Source of the DNA: Rhina ancylostomus
Lineage: Eukaryota
Direction of reading: 5' to 3'
NCBI GenBank assembly: GCA_030265395.1
Contig: JARFYF010000022.1
Coordinates: forward strand, 30,409,120-30,473,119
Length of the DNA stretch: 64,000 nt
Of the stretch, positions 47,916 through 61,835 are shown in pieces; the stretch's first letter is position 1, and each line of letters begins with the position of its first letter. Both the position numbers and the translations under genes were made by a program. The notes beneath the pieces are model-generated. The model was given only the letters and a program-made list of their open reading frames with translations. It made no database searches and was not told where the DNA came from.

Positions 47916-50900
47916 TGGGACGAAGCACATTAGGATGTTTTCTTTTCTTTGTTAATTAAAAACTTGGTTAATGAATGCATCATCTCATTCTTCACAGGTG
48001 CAAGATTGTTACAATAAGATGGATAAAGATAGAGAACNNNNNNNNNNNNNNNNNNNNNNNNNNNNNNNNNNGTGCAAAGGGAGAGGAGGATGAAAGATGG
48101 AATGGCGTGAAGTATTCACCAATGAAAACTGGGCTTTAATTAAACCGAATTTGAGACAGTGGAAGGCTTACATGGATGAATTCTAAAGAACAAGTCTATC
48201 TAAGGGCCAGCTGCAAAGTTTAAATCCATTGTATAAAGTTACTTAAAGCTGAAATGTTCCATTTTAAAGGCATTCCACTTGCAGTGTATTTTGTGTTTTT
48301 AAAAGATCTTCTTTTCCCTTCAAATAAAGATTTTATCATAATGTTTGAAAAGACTTGCATTGTCCCACATGCCCATTTGAAGCTACACAATGCCTGGAAC
48401 AGCCTGGGCCACTTCCAAATGTGACACTATCTCAATGATGTCACCCAAAGTACAAAGAAGTTAACTGGGCACAGTGTCCACACTCAAGAAGAGAACACTG
48501 GTAATTTAGAAATCAAAAAGACGGTGTTTGTTTAATAACAGTGATGGCCTTGTTTACGTTTTTAAAAAGAAGGAACTATTTCCTTTTCAAATGCCTTTTA
48601 AAAGGAGCATGAATCCTACTGGTGAGCATCCCAGTAACTTAAACAGGACTGTGCGGAAGCAGATAGAACAACAAATATGACATCATAGGGTCTAAACCAG
48701 CTCCTTTTTAATGAAGATATCCAGATTACCAGATCTCTAAAAAAATGCTAGCAGTCAATCATGTATATCGCACATTAGTTAAGTGCAAACATGCAGAGCT
48801 CTGAATGAGTTAAGCAGATAGTAATGCAGGACTGCCAGTATAACCCTGTGTCACTGATGGGACCCTTTTTCAAGGCAGGACCAATAGCACAATGGAGTAA
48901 TTAGTAAAGTCACGCATTGTTGAACTAAGCTTCTACTTCAGTTTCTAAATAGTGCAGGCAAGATTTTGAGAATGGTAATAAGTAAATGCCAAATTGAAAA
49001 GCACCCCCACCCATATAAAAGGTTGATAACTGCTGCATGCTGCAAGCAGTCAGTAATAGCTTAGGGTTTTTGAAATCATCTCATAGGCCAAAGTGGCATA
49101 GTGCTAAACAAATCACCTAGCAATGGAATGTGTCTTGTAAATTTTGTTAACATTTCAAATGTCGAGCTGGCTCAGTGCTTTCACCAGGAGAAGGAAAATC
49201 TATTTCATGTCTGCCTAGCAGGGCAGTGAGAGGACTGATTGGGAAAAAGCAGGAGAGTGACTTTTGATCGTGTGGCCTAACAAGCGATTCGCGCTCCTGC
49301 CTCTTCAGCTGAACAAGACGACATTACCTATTCAGACAAAAGTGACAGGCAGGCCACTACACTACTCTACTTCTCATCTCACACAATGGGAAAAACACTA
49401 GAAAGCTTCTGATCAAATGAATCGGTCTTTTCAAGAGAAGCAGGTTGTCTAAATCAAAGCTGGACAGAGTGAACTGCACATTATTAAACAAGAGAGAAAA
49501 ATGAAACTGAGTGATGTTAAATCAGCTTGAATTGCTCCAGGGAACTGCAGTCTGACAGTCGAGAAAGCTCAGGCAAAATCTTGCATGGGATTTTATTGCT
49601 GCAATTCTTATTTTGATTTGTTGAAGAGAAAAGACTTGCATATATGACAGATATTTCTTTACCTAGGGTAACAGTAATTCTACGAAGGAGAATGGTTGTG
49701 GAAGGCTGCTATGGGAAGGATCATAACACTTGAGGCATCAGGAGAGTATTCTGCTCCTTCTGACTCATTAAGAAGTGGCTTCAAAATTTATATAAATTCT
49801 CAATATCTGCACTGTTCAACAGGAAAGAATTGTAAAAAGGGTCCTTCCAAAGGCTTTAGGCCTCATTAACTTATTCACGAGGCTTAATTAGGCATCTGTT
49901 CAAAGACCAAGAAATAAGCACCAAGAATTTAGGAGTAGAACTCAGATTAGGCTAAGGCCATCTGACTACTAAATGGATGTGCTTTGTACAAGTTTTATGC
50001 TCCAAAAAGTCAGCCAATCTCTGCTCAAATTAGACACCTAATTTTTTGGAAAATAGAAGGAATATTACATTTACTTAGGCCGTTTCGATTGATCCATCTA
50101 TTCTTCTGTTTTATTCCTGAGAGAAATCCTTCAATGGTATTTCACTTATGTGAAACACCATCAAAGTACCAAAGCATTGTTGAACATTTTCATCGTGTTT
50201 CTAGGTAGTTTACTGTTATGCTTGGTGATGTTTCCATACGGTGTGTTAAGTCATTATATAAATGCAAGTTTTTCCTACTGTAGCAAGCTGGAGTTCAAAC
50301 ATTCAGGAAACAAACTTTCCAAAGTGCTTCAGCTATTATTGACTTCAAAAGTTCTCTCTGAATCTTAGCTGTTTATGATCTGATATGCAATTTGCACCTT
50401 CATATTGGCTTCAATGGCTTTCAAATCCATGCACTATCATAAACCATACAAAGTCTGTCATCTGCCATAAAACTCTGAAATGCAATATTTTATCAATGTG
50501 ACATAAAAAGGTTATTTTATTTAACAGATGGTCTAGGTAAAAGGTCTGTTACATCAGACTATGCTTCACCCAAGAGATGTTGAGTGATGCTGTATATTTC
50601 AAGCAAATAGCTAGGACGATTTATGTATTGGAATTGAATAAATTAACTTAACTTTCACATACATTAATGTACTTCAAAGATTTAAAATTATCAAAGCTAA
50701 TTACAGAAAAACACACTGATAAATCTAGGCCAAGGTCCATATTTCACAAATGGAGGACACCATTATGCTTTTAAAAAAGTGAACAGAAAATGAAGCTAAT
50801 AATTAAATTACACAACTTTGCTTTTCTAAAAATTGTGGGCAGTAAATGTAAAGAAACAATGAAAAATGTTAGGATGGGCAGGGAAATGTAAATGTAAAAG

Positions 50901-52834
50901 AAACTTAGAATGAACAAGGGAGTAAAACTCAGAGGAAAGAGTGACTGGACATTAAAAGTGAGAAACATATTTTTCTACTGTGTCCTGTCCAGGAATGTGA
51001 GAGACATTTTAGGACATATGGGAGTAGGATTCATCTTGGATAGATCAATACTCTTCCTGCTTCCTGCCAATGAGATCAATATCTGCAAAAATAATACCAG
51101 GTAAGTATTTGTTTTCTAATTTATCCAAGAGCATTGCACTCAATTTAACCCAAGCTACTACCCATAAATTTGCTACTTAAACAACAATTTTTTTTTAATT
51201 CTCAGAATCTAAGCAATCTGGGAAGGCTACATTTACAGCTTATCCACTTCGTCCTGAGAAGCTGGTGGTTCTTTACCTATTGATGCAGAGCTGTCTTTGT
51301 GGTAACTGTCTCATTTCTGAAATATCAATACTTCTGTTCAGTTGTTTTCATTCTACTGTGGCCAAATTAAAATTTATTTTGAAGAATTAAGGAAAAGCAT
51401 GCCTTACAATGAATAACGTATATTCATTTAAAAAGTATGTGCTTTATGGGTTCTGTGACCTGAATACCAATCAAAGAATGCATCGGGAGGGAGGACTAAT
51501 GTACTTAAAAACTGTCAAAGGAGTTTGTTGCATTTTTTGAATTAAACATGATTGCAATGAATGTACTATAAAAAATATGAAAGATAAGGATATAGAAAAA
51601 TGATGGAAAACATTTTACATGGCAAAAGTAAGATTCCACAAATTTCTGTTTCTTATTTTATAATCCTCATACCAAACAGACACTGAAATTTTACAGGGAA
51701 CTTGCATTGTTGCAAACACAGTTTGATACCAATATATTTTAAGTGTGTATGATCATTGGGTATTTTTCTTTTTAAAACTGAATTGTATTCATGTATTTTT
51801 ATTTATGTGTAATATATTCATAAATCAGGTGATTATGTAATGTAATGACATCATGCATTTATATGACAGAAATAACATGCTTTGGTCTGACTTCTGTTAG
51901 ACCAGCATCAAGCGTATTCCCTTGTTTAGAAAGTCCTGGTGCCCTGTTGATGTTTTCACAGAGTTTACCAGCACTCCAAGCATATTCCAGGGTCCACTCC
52001 AAAATATTTTATAGTACAAATTCAGAGTGAATATGTTGCAATAAAGCAAAGCATGTTGGGGACACAAAGAGACTTGATATTGTTGAGGTGGGTGAGTCAC
52101 TAACAGCATGGAAAATAAGCATATTTTCAGTGATCTCAATTTGTTTCCCAACCACCATAATGTTTTCTTTTCATGCAAAGACTCTGAGCCACGTTCTAGA
52201 GAGACTCACAAGGCACTCACCAGATGCCCAACTGGCCGCTAATTATATGCGCATCTGAACAGTAAATGTTCACAAGTAACTCATCTACTGAGACGAGCAC
52301 GCTTAAGTTCAACGCAGCACAATATGCAACCAATGGTTTTTGACATCTTCTGTTGTTATTCACCACTATCTGCGTTTACCTATTCTGAATACAGACTGAA
52401 AACTGAATCCTTGAGATATTCTCCACCTCACCAATGCTGAGACCAACTATAATGCTCCCAAAAAATAACTTGAATAAGATCAGCTAAAAGCAGCAGAGAG
52501 TTAGGTTTAAAACTGGAACTTTACTGGTCCAGGTAGCTCAGTTTCACAATAGGTAGTAAATGTATCAATTAAGCCACTTTGGCACTGCTACAAGTACATT
52601 TTTGTTTGATATACAGGTTTAATAGTTACAGATGGTGAATTAATGCAATGTGGTGACTTGGTCCTGCATATTTTTGGTGACAGAACATCTGATGCCATTT
52701 TTAAAACTCAGACTGTCATGCCATGTCAGTTATGCATTATGTATGAGCAAGGGCACACATACATAAGTAAATGCCAATTTTACAGGTCTAGAATCATTTC
52801 TCATTCCATATAAATTTCTATGTCCGCTGATATT

Positions 52835-53345
52835 AAGAAGAGAAATGGCTGGTAATACCCAGCAGGTCAGGCAACAACTGTAGAAAGAGAAATAAGAGTT
52901 AATGTTTTGGGCCAATGACCAAAAGGAAAAGTTCAAGATCAAAGATGCTTTAAGTTGTGGAGAAGGGTGAGCACTGGAGACCACAAAAGGAATATCTGTG
53001 TAAAGGTGGAGACCAGGGAAGACTAAATGACACATGGAGGTGGTGTCAGTTAGAGAGGACTGTTAGTCACAGCTGATAGTTCTGCAGGAGATGTAAATAG
53101 AAAGAGATGAACAAGGATAGAGGAAAAAGAAACAAGAACAATGCTGGAANNNNNNNNNNNNNNNNNNNNNNNNNNNNNNNNNNNNNNNNNNNNNNNNNNN
53201 NNNNNNNNNNNNNNNNNNNNNNNNNNNNNNNNNNNNNNNNNNNNNNNNNATAGAGGAAAAAGAAACAAGAACACTGCTGGAAATGTGAGAAACAAATGAC
53301 TGCAGTTGCTGGAAATCTAGAATCAAAGAGAATGTTAGAATTATC
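52835..53345 (-). mobile_element. Penelope-type repeat with extended body and additional tail copies
   Basis: AGAAATGGCTGGTAATACCCAGCAGGTCAGGCAACAACTGTAGAAAGAGAAATAAGAGTTAATGTTTTGGGCCAATGACC. The adjoining segment (GCTTTAAGTTGTGGAGAAGGG…TCTGTGTAAAGGTGGAGACCAG) is shared with 61735-61830. Further tail motifs flank the gap at 53150-53249. Confidence 0.7.
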
Positions 53346-53559
53346 CAGCCTGACCTATCACAATAACATGCCGCTGGAATTTGATTTTGGACTTGCATAG
53401 AAATTTTTCCTCCCTTTCCTTGCTGTAAATACTAACTCATTCGGAAAGTGTTAAATGGATACTGTCAGCTCTTTGGTTTGTTCCCAAACAGCTATTCTTT
53501 ATGTGCAAAGGTGCCTAAGTGAAAAGTACCGACAGGGTACTTGACTGAGGATATCACTG

Positions 53560-53760
53560 TTAAACTCAAACCTGTCCTCACCACGTAAGCACACCTTCCA
53601 ACACCACTTAGTAATCATGAGCTGGGTCTTCAAATTATGTCATTTTCTTACCCAAGCTCAAGGAGCTAGCTGGCTAATTAGAGTACTAATGCTGGTCAGG
53701 CCCTGTATGAGGTTACCCAGCTCAGCATAGACTGATGACTAAAACTGGGATTTCCTAGTA
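53560..53760 (-). mobile_element. LF-SINE-like fragment
   Basis: AAACCTGTCCTCACC…GCACACCTTCCAAC…CAGCTCAGCATAGACTG…AAACTGGGATTTCCTAGTATG is the reverse of the body seen at 8490-8730. Confidence 0.45.
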
Positions 53761-56700
53761 TGATTCAGTTCCACTTAGAGCAGCTTCTCCAAGAGCTATT
53801 CTGAACAGCTCAAATAATGTGATTTTAAGTTGCAGTCTTCTTATGACTATGAATGAAGTATGAATAGGACCTTGGTTGTCCTCTTTAATATTTAGAGCAA
53901 ACAAAGTTTGAAAACGTGATTTTTCCCATACCTTGAATTGACAATTCATTAAAACAATGATAAAGGCTGAAAAGACAAGCAAGCAGTGCATGGCTGTGGT
54001 ATGTGACTCCACAGCACATGAACCAGAGCACTGCTGGCTGGTTACATTGGTCGTGTTCGCGAGTGCTATAGCAGTCATATTCCACAGCTGGCAACCATCT
54101 GTTCTATTTATACCATGAGGCTTTTTTTTATTGTGGGCTGAGAGACTCATCTGTGGTGTACGATTTTTCAACCACAGCCTCATGGGTTAGAACCAGGGCC
54201 TAATAAAGATGTATATTTCAAAGAGTTTCTCTTAAAAGGGGCAGGTCACATCTAAAAGGGATTATGTTTAATACAGCATTTGTCAAGTTTAGAACCACAT
54301 ATGAATTATGTAAATTGAAATAAAATGGTCAAAGTAATTTTGTTTTCAGAAAATTTTTAGTTGGGAATGAATCTGCGTTTAACTTAAGAACACTTATGGT
54401 AACAGTTCACAGACTTTGTCACCATATTCTTCACAGTATTTGTTTTATCATTGTTTCATTTGTGTAAACTATTTCAATTATGAAAGGGTTCTTCTCAAAC
54501 ATAGCATTTGGAACTCCTTCATTCATTCACAGTAATCAGATATTAAAATATTAAAGAAGAAATTTGTACACAAGGATAAAAAATATTCAAGTGCAATTTC
54601 AGAGCTAAGATTACAGTCAAAGCAATTATATAATTAACAACCTAAATGTATTGCCAATGCACCAAACAGTAGTAAAATCTAATCCAAATCCTTCTGAATT
54701 TTCTTATTGAAACACGTTAAATTCTCTTTACATTTAAATCTCCAGCTACTATAAATGTGATGTAATTGAATCATTCACCCTTCATGACTGTGGAATATGG
54801 GCATATCAGCTCCCTGACCAAAACTGGCACAGTTTGTTATGTAGGGAGCTTTCAATAATATGGCCAAGTAAACCACAATGTGATTGCAAAGAGTCAATAC
54901 GCAATGTTCCATCAATGGTTTTTATATGTCATTGGGACATCCCATTATTCTTCATGTAATTTGGCCAGAACTGCCTTTGATTCCACTGGAAATAGTGTAT
55001 TTGATTCATCAGAACTAAAATCTCTAAGTGACAGGGTTAAGGTTGATGAATATGCACTCAATAATTAAAAATGCTAGCACACTGAAATCTAATGATAGGC
55101 AAAGATGAGAATGATTACAATAGAAAAAGAAAGATTGGAGTGTGTAGTAAAATCAACATCAGTAAATATGGGCTATGGAACAAAAATCAACTAGGACCTC
55201 CTCCAGCTTGGTGGAAAATCTACTGAACAATACACAGTAACAATAATTAGAATGTTAAAACCTATTATCCCCTTTTTACTTGATTGATCATCAGTAGATC
55301 CAAAAATTATGCAAACACATCCACTTCCCTGGCATTTCTTGACAATCAGAACAGTTTTTTTTAGTTTATCCAAAATGTAAATGCTTTAAATTAAGCCTAG
55401 TTAAAATGCAAACAGTTTGCAAAAATAACAACATATGGATTTAAAGACAGCATCTGAACTGCATATAACATCAGCCAGAGAATTCGGAGTCATCAGTTTC
55501 TATGCCAATGCGACTGGCAATTCCTGCAGGCTTGAACAAGCTACAGAACTGCATATGGTGAGGTATGGGGATGGTTGAACTACTGTAACTCAGGGCACTG
55601 AGTCAATACTGTTTCTTTTACCCCTGCAGTATTATTATAATCAGCATCCACAGCAAAATTCTCCGGAAAACATATTTAAATCCAGATTATTTAAAATATA
55701 AAATCCTCTTTTATCACCGGTAATCAAAAACAAGGCATATTAATTAATGCAATGGAAAACACTTGCCATGGTGAGTGAAATGTCTTAAAATCTCCCCAAT
55801 ATTGAAACCAGTTTTCTCACTGTTTAAAAGTGCTTTGTTGGATGCTGCTCTGCATTTCTAGTTATTAGCCACTGCCCCAGGGCACTAATGTCTTTATTTT
55901 GAGTATGCTGTATATACAAAGAAGTCCCAAATTATGCAGAACACTGTACATTGTAGCATCGTAAGCATGCAGACTCAATTCATCAAGTTGGCTAGAAGTA
56001 GTCAGGCAAGGTAGTAGAAGGTGCCATAATTGGCCATGCTAACTGAGGAAGAGAGGTTGCATTGTGCTAATTGAATGGAAATGAATTTTAAACACCTGCA
56101 TCACAATCAAGACATGGTGTCGTTTGTTAGAATAATCAGCAGTGAAAAAACACTGGCTGACTGATATTCAATAATAATAGAGACAAAATTGAGAATTGTT
56201 ACACTGGAGAGGAAAGGATTGGAATCCAGAAGTTTTTTGATTTCAGTTGTTAGATCCATCTCTGAATTTAATCTCATTACTTAATCTCTGAATTTCAGCC
56301 ACTCTTTCTCTATTGCAGGTTCTCTTATATTGCTCAATAGCTATGGAATTTTATTCTCTTTCTTCCCCAAACTCCAGCTCCTCTTCCCTAAATTTTGAAT
56401 ATGAATTTTAGATTTGTCACTTGTATTGAGTCTTCCTCTAAACTCAGGGGCAGATCTTCTGCTTAGAAGTCTGCAGGTTGGTTGGATTTGATGGTCTTCA
56501 AGTACTTAACGGAGCAGAAGCTCAGGACTGTTAAGTATAGGCAGAAGTGCAGTCTTCTGCTCAAGTAAGCTTTTGGCTCCAATACCGGCACTCCACCAAG
56601 AATCCAAAGGGAGAGCAGAAACGTCTTCTGATTTTCCATCACTCAAGCAGGGAAATGTGCCTGCTGATTGATCTGGTGCAAGTACAGCCGTCTATTGAAA

Positions 56701-57440
56701 TGACCATGAAATGCCTGCTGGGAGCACCTTTTCATTTGATTTAATTGTAGTTTAAATGTATATAATTGTTTTAAATGTGCATGAGTACACTTTAGTGTTT
56801 CAATATGTTAGAAAATATTTGGTTCTAATCATTTTATTGTGTTTTTGTTAATACTTTCTGGGTGATAAATGTTGAGTTTAAGTGAGAGCTTTGACAGCCA
56901 ACTGGGGGCAGTACCTCACCACCTGTCAGTGTCTTTATGGGAGTGCAGTCTACCAGTTGTCTCCAAAGAGCCCCAGCACTGCATTCTTCTGCAATGGACC
57001 TCACTTGTGAGCTGGGACATGACCTGCCAGAAGAAGACATCAGATTCAGCTGAAATAAACAGCCCAGTCCAAAGACAGGCGACCACTTAGGTGGCTTCCA
57101 GTTGGTTAATGATCTAGTCCCTAATTTCTTAGATTTCAGTGTAACTTCTGACTTCACTTCCTCTCCTCTTACAATCTACCTTTATTTACATTTCTTACCC
57201 ATGACATATCAACCTTTTTGTAATTGAATCTTTGGAATATTGATGGTTCCCTGCGGCACACCTCCTGACTTCCATCTGTATTTCTCAAGTTTGCAATAAA
57301 AGCACTGAAACAGGCTAGCTTGCAGAGCAACACTGTTTTTATTCTATGACCAGCACCATCTGATGGCTTCCTGTGGCCATTAGCTGATGCATACTCTCAA
57401 CAAATCTGAACAAATGTATATCATTGTTTTAAGCGTGCAT

Positions 57441-57546
57441 CAGTTCTGATCAAGGGTTTTCAACCTGAAACGTTTACTCTGTTTCTCTTTCCACAGATGC
57501 TGCCTGACCTGCTGAAGTTTCCAGCATTTTCCATGTTTATTTTATT
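57441..57546 (+). mobile_element. Penelope-type hammerhead-motif repeat
   Basis: CAGTT-CTGATCA-AGGGTTTTCAACCT-GAAAC-GTT-TACT-CTGTTTCTCTTTCCACAGATGCTGCCTGACCTGCTGAAGTTTCCAGCATTTT. Confidence 0.8.
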
Positions 57547-58319
57547 AGTGTGAAATATAACCTTTGAAGATTGTGGGATAAAATTATCCCTAATAAAAAA
57601 GAGAATAAATACTGTCCTAGATGTGGAATAGGAACACTTTAATGTTTTCCAATAAAATATTGGAGCTTTAAACTTAAACCTTTTTTTGTAATCGGAACAA
57701 GTTCCAGCTGTATTCCTCCTCATAAATAATACATACGTATAGTAAATACTACACACAGTTCTTACTTACAGGATCTTCCTTTCCTTTTTGAGAATAGCAC
57801 TTTATTGCTACGGTGACAATTCAAACTAATGGAGTGCTCTGGAGCCATTTTCATTCATTACAGTGGTCATAAGCACTTAAGACTCTTTCAGACTCACTAA
57901 AGATCCCAGTTACCAAAACAGCAGAGATTGTGAGCTGCATCGCCCATTTACACAAGCTGAATTCTGCTGATCCAGCTCTCTATAAAGGCAACTAAATAAA
58001 TGCATCAAGATTTATCTTTTAAGATTTTCTTTTCTTTAAAATAAAAATGGACATAAAATGTTCTTAGAGTAACACATGATCAAATTACCAGTTGCAATGA
58101 CAAGGACAGACCAAGTCCTGTTTGCAGCACTGTACCAAATGCTGTTAGACAGCAAGTAAATGGAAAGACACATTTGCAAGATCAAGCTGATGGGCTTGTT
58201 GAAGGTGCTACAGTGCTGTATCCTTCTTATTGCCCTTTTTGGAAAGGGAGCGAGAAGAGTCCAATAAACATGCTCCAAAAACAAATCTAACTAGCAAGCT
58301 CCCCAAATGGATTAGTGGG

Positions 58320-58500
58320 AAGAGCCACTATCCAGTGTCTGAGTGAACTCTACACAGAGAAAAGGAGATCCTGAGTTCAACTCCTAACAGAATGGAACAA
58401 TTGGATCTCAGTTATGGTAATAGTACAAGCACAACAGTTGACACTGAGCCCCTGAAACAGGAAGGAAAAATTCAACCAGCTTTTCTCACTCCAGGACAAT
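58320..58500 (+). mobile_element. LF-SINE-like 5' fragment
   Basis: tRNA-like B box GATCCTGAGTTCAACTCC, followed by GATCTCAG…CACAACAGTTG…GCCCCTG…GGAAGGAAAAATTCAACCAG. Confidence 0.45.
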
Positions 58501-58689
58501 ACAAGACTATTCAGGGGAGGTGATTAAAATAACTGATGTATTTCCTAAATTGGTACAATATGAATAACTAGGGTTCTGACACCACTATGTTCAAGTTCCT
58601 CCATGGAGCTTCCTTCAGTGCAATAAGTCTTTTAATTCTGGCTTCTTAAACATCTCTCTTTTTCCTTTTCCCCATCAATGATGGCTGTG

Positions 58690-58902
58690 CATTTCACTGT
58701 CCAGAAATCATGTTGTGATTTGCTGCCAGAGCCTCACTCTCCTCCCACTATTCCTTTAAAACTCTTCTTAAGAACCAACTTTTTGGACCAGTTTTAATGA
58801 CTCCTCTATCTTTTGGCTCAACATACATTTTATTTTCCTTATGTCTTTGTGGAGCAGCCTGAGACTTTTTTTAAAAAAGGGTAATGTACAAATTGTTGTT
58901 GT
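58690..58902 (+). mobile_element. L2 LINE 3' end
   Basis: TTCCTTTAAAACTCTTCTTAAGAACCAACTTTTTGGACCAGTTTTAATG…TTTGTGGAGCAGCCTGAGAC…AATGTACAAATTGTTGTTG. Confidence 0.6.
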
Positions 58903-59917
58903 GTAGTGATGATTTGTAGAGCCAGCTACTGAGATGCTGGCAGTGGTGCCTTTTGACAATATGATGCATATTTTCTGGCAATAAAATATGTTTACTGGTG
59001 TGAAAATCCTCTTCTGTGAGGCAACCAATTAGTCATGGTGCATGGGATCAATATATAACATGTTGCAGCCAAAAAAACTGCATGATAGCAACAGTAACAG
59101 TGCCTTTCTCCAACATGATGCAGCATTCCTCAGAGAATAGCTTAAATTGAACTATTTTACAATAAAGCCTCTGTAAAGTTAATCAGCCACTTTTACAGTT
59201 ACTTCCTTAGACCTGCGGTTTAGAGGTGATTCTGAAAAGACCACTTCTTCACAGAGAGAGCTGCCATCATCTGTTTCTGGTAGTTAATAAATACAAACTG
59301 GTGCTAACATATGGGTGGAGAGAGTTAACAATTGATGCAAAATCAAAAATTGGTAGGTCAATGGGTACATGGCATTCAAATTTACAGGCTCCCACATACT
59401 AACTTTCTGGTTTTGTCAGCAGCATAAGATAAGAAAGACCAAGCAGAGAGGAATCAGAGATGCAAGTCCCCTTGACCTACTTGCTCAAGAGGTCTTCTGA
59501 CCTTTTGATTTTCTAACCAGCTTTCTAGGTTGAAATATCAATACTAGAAGGGGAGAACCTAAACACTGTTACCTGCAGTTAAAATTTCAGGAGGTAATAA
59601 AAAAAGTCAGAACTTAATAACAAAGTGGGCATTAACAGGAAATTACATTAAGTGAGCAGACACCAAGGTAAACAAACCCTTGCTCTTCAGAATAAACTAG
59701 AGCTCCATGCATCACTATCTGTTTAAATGTTGTCTTAGCCACATATTCGTCAAGTCAAAGAGGCAGTGTGTATTCTGGAATGGGCTTTTACATGGCATAA
59801 TGTCCTGATTCATAAGCTATAGACGCAGCCATATTTTAGTACATGATTTTTGAGTTGACTGCTGCAGGCTGGTGAACAGTTTCTTTTCGTCCTTCAATTC
59901 TTTTACTCCTTTTACAT

Positions 59918-60295
59918 CAGTTTGGCTCAGTTGGTAGCTCTTTATAGGTCCAGAGGATTAAGTCCCACTCCATATCCTTGAGAAACAAAAACCCTGGTGC
60001 AGTATTGAGGGGTGGCTGTGCTTTCAGAGTTCTACCTGTCGGATGGGATATGGATAAGTGTCATTTGCTCTCTCAAGTAAACAAATCCACTGCACTGTTC
60101 TGGAGAACAGCAGGAAAGTTATTCTGAGAATTATAGTCAATATCAGCATCACTAAAAAAAGAAGGGTTGTTATGATATTGTTTCATGAGAGAGCTTGCTG
60201 TACATGGAATTGGGTGCCAGGTTTACTATATTGAAACTCTGATTCACTTCTAAAGAACTTTATTGGCTGTAAAGCATTTTGGGATATGGTGAACT
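59918..60295 (+). mobile_element. DeuSINE (SacSINE1-like), near full length
   Basis: tRNA head TGGCTCAGTTGGTAGC…AAGTCCCACTCCA, Deu-domain ATCCACTGCACTGTTCTGGAGAACAGCAGGAAAGTT…GAGCTTGCTGTACATGGAATTGG, and L2-type tail CTTTATTGGCTGTAAAGCATTTTGGGAT. Confidence 0.8.
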
Positions 60296-61289
60296 CTTGT
60301 CAACGTTTTTAGTCCCAGTGTGCTAACAATACCAAGGCTTCTGTCAGGCAGAAGACAAGCACAAAATAGGTTTCTACTTTTAACATTTCTAGTAAAACTA
60401 GCTTGCAATGAACATCAGTCAGAACAGTTTTCTTAGAATGAATTAGCAATGAGTTTCAAGGAGACATTTTCTGAGATGGTTCTGCTGACAGATATAGAAA
60501 CACGATAGTACATTGGTCTCTATTTCAGAATAAGTTTTTTTTTAGCTGTATTGCAAATAATGTATTCTACATGCCTGCAGGAACAATTTCTTTATTATAT
60601 ATTAGCTTCAAGATTCTAAGTGTAATGGTTGAAACAGCAAGCATGTATATTTAGTTGTACAGCAATATGAGCCCTGAATCTTGCTGTTTTAGTTGAAATT
60701 ATTGTTATTGCTGATTGTTAACCTTGCGAACCTTGTTGAAAGTAATGGGTGGTTTCAGACAATTTGTGCTGGTCTGGAATCTGGTTATGGACATACGTCT
60801 GATTGACGAAGTCTACTAAAATGCTCAAATCGACAAGGACTTGCTTATCAAATCAACAAGGAACTGCTTATCCATGCAGTTGTAAAGATTGGTCATCTAT
60901 CAGTTTTAAGAGTCCCACATAAAATAAATCTGGATAGTTTCAACCCAGTTTCTGGTGTCATAAGTCCACAATGTTTGAGTCTAATAATAAATCAATCATA
61001 AAAACTTTATGGTGTGATCTTTCTCACCAGAGATACACTGATTTTGGGAATCGATGCATTGATGGGACATACAGTATATACTGCTACCTAAATTCATTGA
61101 AGCTGATATTGGCCAAAAAGGCAAACTCTCCTGCACTCACAATGCTGTACATAAAAATTCATTAATATCTTTGAAAAAAATGATGTGTATTACATTTGTT
61201 CCAAAGCATAGTAATTCAGTTACCAGAGCAGTATTACGAAGATTGAACAACTGATGTGGAGAAATTAATTCAATCCCACACTTTCATAT

Positions 61290-61555
61290 TCATATTTAGG
61301 CCATTCAGCCCATCAAGTTTATGTCAGCTCATGGTACAACCCAATTTCCAAACTAATTTCCTGTATAAACTATACTCCCACATGTTCCCATTAACACCCC
61401 CCTCCCCTGTCCCTGATTTTACCAACCACCTACACCTCCAGCAATTGACAGTGGCCTCCCAACCCACATGTCTTTGGGATACAGGAAGAAACAAGAATGC
61501 CCAAAGGAAACCCATGTTGTCACATGCAAACTTCACACAGGAGGCTGCTAGAGCT
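61290..61555 (-). mobile_element. HE1-like V-SINE
   Basis: AGGCCATTCAGCCCATCAAG…CAATTGACAGTGGCC…CACATGTCTTTGGGATACAGGAAGAAAC…AGGAAACCCATG…TGCAAACTTCACACAG. Confidence 0.8.
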
Positions 61556-61629
61556 GAGAGGCCATTTCACTGCCTGGAAACAGGGAATTTACATAAAACT
61601 GGAATAAACATCTCATCTCAATAATCCAA

Positions 61630-61835
61630 AAGCAGAACCCTGTAGATTCTGGAAATACTTAGCAGCTCAGGCAGAATCTGTGGACACAGAAACAGGATTT
61701 AACATTTTGAGCCGAGGACCTTTCATCAGAAGTGGGAGTAGCGAGAAATGAAACAAGCTTTAAGTTGCAGGAAAAAGGGAGGAGGGGTAGTGAAAATAAA
61801 AATAAGGATGTTTGTGAAAGGGTGGAAAACAGTTT
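61630..61835 (-). mobile_element. Penelope-type hammerhead-motif repeat with extended body
   Basis: Minus strand ACTT-CTGATGA-AAGGTCCTCGGCTC-AAAATGTT-AAAT…CCACAGATTCTGCCTGAGCTGCTAAGTATTTCCAG. Confidence 0.75.

Noticed and set aside
51091-51110. Perfect splice donor CAG|GTAAGT on the plus strand
   Set aside because: It is antisense to SOX6 with no supporting exon or ORF, and is expected by chance at about this frequency.
53117-53283. 33-bp near-identical direct repeat (ATAGAGGAAAAAGAAACAAGAACA[A/C]TGCTGGAA) as a biological duplication or CRISPR-like repeat
   Set aside because: The two copies sit exactly on either side of a 100-N scaffold gap, so they are most likely an unmerged contig overlap or allelic variant.
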